Of a stretch of 64,000 nt of DNA, positions 57,597 to 64,000 are shown one piece after another. This DNA is from Burkholderiales bacterium. GTDB lineage: Bacteria > Pseudomonadota > Gammaproteobacteria > Burkholderiales > Ga0077523. A model generated the notes under the pieces. That model saw only the letters and a list, made by a program, of their open reading frames with translations. It searched no databases and had not been told where the DNA came from. The stretch covers positions 70,257 through 134,256 of the forward strand of contig JALHMS010000010.1 of assembly GCA_022843925.1 (NCBI GenBank), given 5' to 3'. The position numbers and the translations under genes were made by a program. Positions within the stretch are counted from its first letter, which is position 1. Every line of letters starts with the position of its first letter.

Positions 57597-58487
57597 ATGA
57601 GCATCCTCATCGACCAGACCACCCGCGTCATCGTACAAGGCTTCACCGGCGACAAGGCGAGCTTCCACGCGAAGGAGATGATCGCCTACGGCACCAATGT
57701 CGTCGGCGGCGTCACGCCCGGCAAGGGCGGCCAGCGCCATCTCGACCGACCCGTGTTCAACACGGTGAAGGACGCCGTGGAGACAACCGGAGCGGAAGCG
57801 AGTCTCGCATTCGTCCCGCCGGCGTTCGCCGCGGATGCCCTGATGGAGGCCGCCGACGCGGGGCTGCGCCTCGTGTGCGTCATCACCGACGGCATCCCGG
57901 CCCAGGACATGATGCGGGTAAAGCGCTATCTCAAGCGCTACGCCCGGGAGCGGCGGACCACGATCGTGGGGCCGAACTGCGCGGGCATCATCAGCGCCGG
58001 CCGCGCGATGCTCGGCATCATGCCGGGCCACATCTACCTGCCGGGCAACGTCGGCATCGTCTCGCGCTCGGGCACGCTGGGCTACGAGGCTGCGGCGCAG
58101 ATGAAGGCGCTCGGCATCGGGGTGAGCACGAGCGTCGGCATCGGCGGCGACCCGATCAACGGCAGCTCGTTTCTCGATCATCTCGCCCGCTTCGAGGAGG
58201 ACCCCGAGACGCACGCGGTGGTGATGATCGGCGAGATCGGCGGCCCCCAGGAAGCCGAGGCTGCGCAATGGGCGAAGGAGAACATGCGCAAGCCGGTGAT
58301 CGGCTACGTCGCGGGCCTCACGGCGCCGAAGGGACGCCGCATGGGCCACGCAGGCGCGATCATCTCCGCGGTCGGCGACACCGCCGCCGAGAAGTCCGAG
58401 ATCATGCGCTCGTACGGATTGCACGTCGCTCCGAGCGCCGCCGAGCTCGGCACGACTGTCGCGCAGGCACTGACGCGGGCTGCATGA
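57597..58487 (+). CDS. mtkB: Malate-CoA ligase alpha subunit
   Basis: Succinyl-CoA-ligase-alpha fold: VQGFTG, SRSGTLGYEA and the phosphohistidine loop RMGHAGAIIS. Confidence 0.85.
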   Translation: MSILIDQTTRVIVQGFTGDKASFHAKEMIAYGTNVVGGVTPGKGGQRHLDRPVFNTVKDAVETTGAEASLAFVPPAFAADALMEAADAGLRLVCVITDGIPAQDMMRVKRYLKRYARERRTTIVGPNCAGIISAGRAMLGIMPGHIYLPGNVGIVSRSGTLGYEAAAQMKALGIGVSTSVGIGGDPINGSSFLDHLARFEEDPETHAVVMIGEIGGPQEAEAAQWAKENMRKPVIGYVAGLTAPKGRRMGHAGAIISAVGDTAAEKSEIMRSYGLHVAPSAAELGTTVAQALTRAA

Positions 58488-58595
58488 CGCGATGAACGCC
58501 GCCTGCCAGGCGATGCGAGGCGCAAGCGCATCTCTCTCCGCATCACCGACCGACCCTGCTGGCCGTTGTCCTCAAGCCCCGGAGACCCCGACCCC

Positions 58596-59576
58596 ATGAG
58601 CTTCACCGTGATCGAACAGGCCAAGCCGCGCCTGCACCGTTCGGAACTGGCCGTCCCCGGGTCGAACCCCGGCATGTTCGAGAAGGCTGCTGCATCCGCG
58701 GCGGACGTCGTCTTCCTCGACCTCGAGGACGCCGTCGCGCCCGACGACAAGGCGCGGGCCCGCACCAACATCATCCAGGCCCTGAACGAAGTGGACTGGG
58801 GCACCAAGACGATGATGGTGCGCATCAACGGCCTCGACACCCACTACATGTACCGCGACGTGATCGACGTCGTGGAGGCATGCCCGCGGCTCGACATGCT
58901 TCTGATTCCGAAGGTCGGAGTGCCCGCCGACGTCTACGCGATCGACATGCTGGTCACGCAGATAGAGGCTGCGACGGGCCGCACGAAGCGTCTGGGCTTC
59001 GAGGTGCTGATCGAGACGGCGCTCGGCATGGCGAACGTCGAAGCGATCGCCCAGTCGTCGCGGCGCCTGGAGGCGATGTCGTTCGGCGTGGCCGACTACG
59101 CGGCGTCCACCCGCGCGCGCACCACTGTGATCGGCGGCGTGAACAAGGACTCCGTGGTGCTCACGGACCGCGATGCGGAAGGCCGGCGCGAGAGCTTCTG
59201 GACCGACCCCTGGCACGCCGCGCAGACGCGGATGATGGTCGCGTGCCGCGCGTACGGCCTGCGGCCGGTCGACGGCCCGTTCGGCGACTTCGGCGATGCC
59301 GACGGCTACCGATCCGCCGCGAATCGCGCCGCGGTGCTGGGTTACGAAGGCAAGTGGGCCATCCATCCCTCGCAGATCGCACTCGCCAACGACGTCTTCA
59401 CGCCATCGGAGGCCGAGGTCACCAAGGCGCGCCGGATCATGGAGGCGATGGAGCAGGCGGCGCGCGAAGGCAAGGGTGCGGTGTCGCTGGACGGGCGGCT
59501 CATCGACATCGCGAGCATCCGCATGGCGCAGGCGCTGCTGGAGAAAGCCGCGGCGATGGGCGCCGGCATCCGTTGA
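58596..59576 (+). CDS. mcl: L-malyl-CoA/beta-methylmalyl-CoA lyase
   Basis: Start at ATG 58596. MSFTVIEQAKPRLHRSELAVPGSNP...FLDLEDAVAPDDK...GKWAIHPSQI is nearly colinear with M. extorquens MclA as I recall it. Confidence 0.9.
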   Translation: MSFTVIEQAKPRLHRSELAVPGSNPGMFEKAAASAADVVFLDLEDAVAPDDKARARTNIIQALNEVDWGTKTMMVRINGLDTHYMYRDVIDVVEACPRLDMLLIPKVGVPADVYAIDMLVTQIEAATGRTKRLGFEVLIETALGMANVEAIAQSSRRLEAMSFGVADYAASTRARTTVIGGVNKDSVVLTDRDAEGRRESFWTDPWHAAQTRMMVACRAYGLRPVDGPFGDFGDADGYRSAANRAAVLGYEGKWAIHPSQIALANDVFTPSEAEVTKARRIMEAMEQAAREGKGAVSLDGRLIDIASIRMAQALLEKAAAMGAGIR

Positions 59577-59752
59577 AGGTCGACGCGACCTGTCGGGAAC
59601 CACCAAAGTGACGCCGCGCTGCAACATCGAAAATGACCCACGCTGAAAGCGGATTCCTCGACGAAACCTGTGCAATTTCGTTGCCCCGGCAGCGGGGACT
59701 TTCCATAGAATTCCGGGACGTCGTTCAAGAAAGGACGCTCCCTTTGGCAGGC

Positions 59753-60682
59753 ATGCACTTCACCCTGCGACAGCTGCAGGTGTTCGCGACCGTGGCCGAC
59801 TGCGGCAACTTCACGCGCGCCGCCGAGGACCTCTGCCTTTCGCAACCCGCCGTCTCGCAGCAGATCCGGCAGCTCACCGATGCCGTGGGCCTGCTCCTCC
59901 TGGAGCAGATCGGGCGCAAGGTGCATCTCACCGAGGCGGGCCGCAAGCTCTACGCGCGATGGCAGACCATGCAGGCCGAGTGGCGCGCCTTCGAGGACGA
60001 AGTGAGCGAGCTGAAAGGCCTGCAGAGCGGCACGCTGCGCCTCGCGGTGGTGAGCACGGTGAAGTACTTCGTCCCCCGCCTGCTCACGCCCTTCTGCACC
60101 CGCTATCCGGGAATCGAAGTGAAGCTCGTGGTGGCGAATCTCGATCAGATCGTCGAGCGGATGCAGTCGAATCTCGACGACCTCTACATCCTGTCCGCAC
60201 CGCCGGCGGATCTCGATCTGACGGTGCAGGCCTTCCTCGACAACCCCCTGGTGATGATCGCCCCGCGGGACCACCCGCTCGCGAGAGGCCGTGCCATCCC
60301 GCTGGCGCGAGTGGCGGAGGAGCGGTTCATCCTGCGCGAGGCCGGCTCGGGGACCCGGGTCGCGATCGAGCGGCACCTCGCGCAGCGCAACGCCAAGCTC
60401 AACGTCCGGATGGAATTCGGCAGCAACCTCGCCATCAAGGAAGCCGTCGCCGCCGGCCTGGGGCTGTCGATCCTGTCGGAGTACGCACTGCACCGCAGCA
60501 AGGGCTGGAGCGACGACGTCGCGATCCTGGACGTGGAGGGCTTCCCGATCCACTCCACCTGGCAGCTCGTGCACCTCCGCCAGAAGCAACTGTCCGCAGT
60601 GGCCAGGGCGTTCCTCCAGCACGTGGGGGAGGCCGTCGACGCAGAGACGATCGGCCAACACGCCGAGACTGCACGGGCCTGA
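59753..60682 (+). CDS. LysR-family transcriptional regulator, CbbR/QscR-like
   Basis: Start at ATG 59753 (MHFTLRQLQVFATVADCGNFTRAAEDLCLSQPAVSQQIRQL, the HTH). A CbbR-like effector domain (STVKYFVPRLL, REAGSGTR). Confidence 0.85.
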   Translation: MHFTLRQLQVFATVADCGNFTRAAEDLCLSQPAVSQQIRQLTDAVGLLLLEQIGRKVHLTEAGRKLYARWQTMQAEWRAFEDEVSELKGLQSGTLRLAVVSTVKYFVPRLLTPFCTRYPGIEVKLVVANLDQIVERMQSNLDDLYILSAPPADLDLTVQAFLDNPLVMIAPRDHPLARGRAIPLARVAEERFILREAGSGTRVAIERHLAQRNAKLNVRMEFGSNLAIKEAVAAGLGLSILSEYALHRSKGWSDDVAILDVEGFPIHSTWQLVHLRQKQLSAVARAFLQHVGEAVDAETIGQHAETARA

Positions 60683-60698
60683 CATCCCGCCACGGCTC

Positions 60699-61410
60699 GG
60701 CCGCGGGGGGCCCTCCTACAGGGGTGCTGCCCTTCCTTCATGGGCATTCTTCGTAGCGGCCCATGGCCGCGAAAGCGCTGGGTCCGGCTGAAGCGCTTTT
60801 GCAGCATCCACCGCTTTCGGGGGCATGGCCCCCTCCTACAAGGGCATTCCGGATGGTGAGTTTGTAGGAGCGGCCCATGGCCGCGATAGCGTTGGTTCCG
60901 GTCGATACGCTTTCGCAGCATCCACCGCTTTCGGGGGCATGGCCCCCTCCTACAAGGGCATTCCGGATGGTGAGTTTGTAGGAGCGGCCCATGGCCGCGA
61001 TAGCGATCGTTCCGGGTGAAGCGCTTCTGCAGCATCCACCGCTTTCGGGGGCATGGCCCCCTCCTACAAGAGCATTCCGGGTGGTGGATTTGTAGGAGCG
61101 GCCCATGGCCGCGAAAGCGCTCGGGCCGGCTGAAGCGCTTCTGCAGCATCCACCGCTTTCGGGGGCATGGCCCCCTCCTACAAGGGCATTCCGGATGGTG
61201 AGTTTGTAGGAGCGGCCCATGGCCGCGAAAGCGATCGTTCCGGGTGAAGCGCCTCTGCAGCATCCACCGCTTTCGGGGGCATGGCCCCCTCCTACAGGGG
61301 CATTCCGGGTGGTGAGTTTGTAGGAGCGGCCCATGGCCGCGAAAGCGATCGTTCCAGGTGAAGCGCTTCTGCAGCATCCACCGCTTTCGGGGGCATGGGC
61401 CCCTCCTACC
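60699..61410. repeat. Tandem array of 6 x 114-bp REPIN-like units
   Basis: Forward REP TTTGTAGGAGCGGCCCATGGCCGCGAAAGCG starts at about 60861, 60975, 61089, 61203 and 61317, plus a degenerate copy at about 60751. Each is paired with the inverted REP CCGCTTTCGGGGGCATGGCCCCCTCCTACA. Confidence 0.95.
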
Positions 61411-61476
61411 CGGGCCGTGGATACTTCACCGGCAACGGTAGCGGCAGGCCGATCCAAGGCTCGGCTCGCTCTCCGC

Positions 61477-62658
61477 TCATGGCCCTACCGCTTCGAGGAC
61501 CTGCCACCCGCCCCCGGTGACTTCATAGACGGTGATCGTGCCCTCGCGCAGGTCGCCGCGGTCGTCGTACGCGATGCGCGCGGACGTCACGCCCGCACGT
61601 TCGATCTTCGCCAGCACGGGCAGGACCTTCGCCGGGTCGGAGGAATCCGCGCGCTTCATCGCCTCGATGAGCGTCATGGCGCCGTCGTAGGCGAACGGCG
61701 CGTAGACCTGGACCTCCTCGTTGAAGCGCACCCGGTACTTCTCGGCGAATGCCCCGCCGCCGGGCATCTGCGCGAGGGGCAGGCCCGCCAGCGAGGCGAC
61801 ACTGCCATCGGCGGCGGAGCCGGCGAGGACGAGGAAGTTCGGTGTCTTCACCATCTCACCGCCGAAGAGGCGCGAGGTCACCCCGAGTTGTCGCATCTGC
61901 TTCGCCATGGGCGCCGCCTGCGCATCGGCACCTCCGAAGAACACCGCGTCGGGCTGCGACTTCTTGATGCCGGTGAGGATGGCGGTGAAGTCCTTCGACT
62001 TGTCGTCGGTGTACTCGCGCCGGACGATCGTCGCGCCGGCCGCTTTCGCAGCGATCTCGAACTGGTCGGCGAGCCCCTAGCCGTAGGCCGTGCGATCGTC
62101 GACGATCGCGATGCGTTTCGCACCCTGCTTCTCGACCACGTAACGGCCGAGCACGCTGCCCTGCTGGACGTCGTTCGTCATCATGCGAAAGGTGGTGGAG
62201 AAGCCGCTTGCGGTGTACGCGGGCGCTGTGGCCATCGCGATCTGCGGGATGCCAGCCTCGGCGTAGATTCGGGAAGCAGGAATGCTCGTCCCGGAATTGA
62301 AGTGCCCGAGCATCCCCTTGATCCCGGCGTCCACCAGCTTCTGCGCGACGACGGTGGCCTTGGCAGGGTCGGCCTGGTCGTCTTCCGCCAGCAGTTCGAA
62401 CCGCACGGGCGTTCCGCCCAGCACCAGGCCGCCGGCATTGGCTTCCTCGATCGCCAGGGTGAGGCCGTTGCGCATGTCCGCGCCGTAGTGCGCCTGGGCG
62501 CCCGTCAACGGGGCGGCGAACCCGAGCTTCACGGTCTCGGTCGGGGGCGGGGTCGCCACCGACGTCGGCGGCGGCGCGGGCTCCTCCCTCGGGCCGCAGC
62601 CCGACAACAGGGCGAACACCGCGACAGTCAGGCAAAGAGGCCGAACGAACGGGGGCAT
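61477..62658 (-). pseudogene. LivK-type (branched-chain amino acid) ABC substrate-binding lipoprotein interrupted by one in-frame TAG
   Basis: Track ORFs 62077..62658 and 61477..61944 are in the same frame (the span is 1182 nt, or 394 codons). Translation through the gap reads ...IVDDRTAYG*GLADQFEIAAKAAGATIVRREYTDDKSKDFTAILTGIKKSQPDAVFFGGADAQ..., with TAG at 62077-62079. Lipobox LLSGC at the N-terminus. Confidence 0.8.
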
Positions 62659-62810
62659 GGCGGTTCTCCAGGGGCATCGGGGGCCGTGGGCGGCAGGATG
62701 GGAGTCCTGCTACGCGAGTCCTGCCGCGAACAGCCTGGAGTCTAGGGCTTCCCGACATCGGCGGAACAGGCGTCACCGTTCGCGCGACCAGGGCCGGACC
62801 TTTCGAGCGT

Positions 62811-63206
62811 TCAGTCCTTGGGGCGATGCAACGCACAAAGCTTGTTTCCGTCCGGGTCGCGCACGTACGCCAGATGCAACACGCCTGACGGACCCACCCG
62901 AGGCCCTGGCGGGTCTTCGATGGGCATGCCACCGGCGGCGACCGCCACTTCGTGGAACCGGCGCACCTGATCCGGGGAGTCGCACCGGAAGCCGATGGTG
63001 CTTCCGTTGCCGCACGAGGCGGGCTGGCCGTCGATCGGCTCACTGACACAGAAGGTCGTGCCGTCATGGCGATAGAACAGGCGGCGTTGCCCGGTCTTGT
63101 TCGTGTTCTCGATCGCGTCGCCGGCCCCGAGAACCTCGAGGACTGCATCGTAGAAGCGCTTGGACCGCTCGATGTCATTGGTCCCGAGCATGATGTGACT
63201 GAACAA
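62811..63206 (-). CDS. VOC (glyoxalase/bleomycin-resistance/dioxygenase) family protein
   Basis: The TTG at 63206 lies 6 nt after GGAGAA (MFSHIMLGTNDIERSKRFYDAVL...YVRDPDGNKL), giving 131 aa. The track ORF is longer. Confidence 0.75.
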   Translation of the reverse strand: MFSHIMLGTNDIERSKRFYDAVLEVLGAGDAIENTNKTGQRRLFYRHDGTTFCVSEPIDGQPASCGNGSTIGFRCDSPDQVRRFHEVAVAAGGMPIEDPPGPRVGPSGVLHLAYVRDPDGNKLCALHRPKD

Positions 63207-63350
63207 GGTGGTTCTCCAGAGTCGATGGTTGGCGGAGTCGCGGCTATGCGGCTTGGGAGGCCGGACGTGCGAGACGAGACGGCATCCCGGCGTTGCCGCA
63301 GAGCGTCCTCTCGATGGACCGGTTGGGCGTCGGTGTGGCAAAGGACGGAT

Positions 63351-63686
63351 CTACTTCCTTGGAAGACTGATGACTTGCCCACCTTCCGAGGAAGCCTCTC
63401 GCACCGGCTTGACCTTTGTGAGGAAGGTTGGCGCTACTGTCCAGTGCTGTCCGGTTTCGGTGATCACAGTGACTGACTTCCGGTTGTACTTCGTGATGAC
63501 ACCGAACGGCACCGGGTGCCCTTCGGGCGGGAACGATACGCGCTCACCGAGACTGAACGCCAGCATGGACGCATGCGCCCGCATCTGCTGGAGGAAACTC
63601 AAGCGGGCGGCTATGGGGCTGTTCAAGTCGACCAGTTCCGGTTCGGTCAGCTTGTCGATATCTAGGGAGCCTCCTCCGGTTCGCAT
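63351..63686 (-). CDS. Hypothetical protein
   Basis: ATG 63686. DKLTEPELVDLNSPIAARLSFLQQMRAHASMLAFSLGERVSFPPEGHPVPFGVITKYNRKSVTVITETGQHWTVAPTFL has a protein-like composition. The family is not recognised. Confidence 0.55.
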   Translation of the reverse strand: MRTGGGSLDIDKLTEPELVDLNSPIAARLSFLQQMRAHASMLAFSLGERVSFPPEGHPVPFGVITKYNRKSVTVITETGQHWTVAPTFLTKVKPVREASSEGGQVISLPRK

Positions 63687-63866
63687 GGCTCCCACCTCAC
63701 CAAGGGCTCGGCCGCCGTTCCTGAGGGCGCTGCTACGGACGCCGAACGACACTTTCGAACCAGTAGTCCCTGCGACGACCCACTGCAACTCACGGACGAT
63801 CGCCCTCTCCGCTCGTCGCCGCCGTCGTCGAGGCGTCAGTGGAACACGAAGCGAGCGGATTCGGGA

Positions 63867-64000
63867 CTACGCTGCCGCCACTTCCACGCGGGCGCTGAAA
63901 GTCGACTGTCCAGCGGAGAAGGCGAAGCGGTCGACAGCGGCATCCGGCAAGACCGCTACGCTGTCGGTCAGGGCATTCAGCGCGGGCCAACCATCGCGCA
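63867..64000 (-). CDS. 3' end of an unidentified gene continuing beyond the window
   Basis: The frame is open from the window edge to TAG (63867-63869): ...RDGWPALNALTDSVAVLPDAAVDRFAFSAGQSTFSARVEVAAA. It has a GC3-rich codon pattern and is not in the ORF track because no start lies inside the window. Confidence 0.3.
   Translation of the reverse strand, partial: RDGWPALNALTDSVAVLPDAAVDRFAFSAGQSTFSARVEVAAA

Noticed and set aside
60184-61457. ORFs 60184..61377 and 60738..61457 (minus) and small plus-strand ORFs across the 114-bp array. The same applies to 46181..47026 and 46591..47157 across the 131-bp array.
   Set aside because: The reasoning is the same: periodic repeat-derived peptides with overlapping open frames on both strands. 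The part of 60184..61377 that lies inside the LysR gene is only its antisense shadow.
61945-62076. Gap between the two binding-protein ORFs interpreted as a frameshift or as two separate genes.
   Set aside because: Both parts and the gap are in one continuous frame, and the gap translates into family-typical sequence. The only lesion is the single TAG codon.
63790-63990. Track ORF 63790..63990 (minus, 66 aa).
   Set aside because: It has a Cys/Arg-rich, implausible composition. A different minus-strand frame, open to the window edge and ending at 63867, looks more protein-like and is reported instead, at low confidence.

Overview
High-GC proteobacterial chromosomal window. The gene order petABC-sspAB-tRNA and the protein families suggest a Beta- or Gammaproteobacterium, but the species cannot be named without a search. 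I can support about 58 protein-coding genes, one tRNA-Thr(UGU), one gene interrupted by an in-frame TAG, three intrinsic terminators, one sigma54 promoter and four tandem arrays of GTAGGAG-type REP/REPIN elements.

Content from left to right:
- GspE/PilB ATPase (5' end cut by the window), a GAF/HD-GYP protein and a sigma54-driven type IVa pilin.
- Three tandem TPR+GT41 (OGT/SPINDLY-like) glycosyltransferase paralogues.
- soxXYZA and moaC.
- bepA, a Ser/Thr kinase with a cNMP-binding domain, a TusA-like protein and coq7, then an OsmC-like gene.
- Cytochrome bc1 (petABC), sspAB and tRNA-Thr.
- A WG-repeat secreted protein and a lipoprotein.
- A 1.2-kb REPIN array.
- A mixed oxidoreductase/lyase block.
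- An M50 protease, a DUF2167-like protein and a minimal class III cyclase.
- A Tim44-like protein, an amidase and a hydratase.
- A secreted triple-beta-trefoil lectin, a 14-blade Kelch protein and an EEP-fold lipoprotein.
- yciH and a P-type ATPase.
- A compact serine-cycle cluster: fhs, glyA, sga, hprA, mtkAB, mcl and a CbbR/QscR-like regulator.
- A LivK-like binding protein with an in-frame TAG, and a VOC protein.

The observations most worth a second look are:
1. The GT41 triad converging on the pilin gene, a candidate protein-glycosylation module with no known substrate.
2. The lectin-Kelch-EEP secreted trio, which has AB-toxin-like logic.
3. The locally amplified REPIN arrays with distinct periods of 135, 131 and 114 bp.
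4. The co-location of sox and serine-cycle genes.

All functional names rest on motif and family recognition by eye. No database search or computation was possible.
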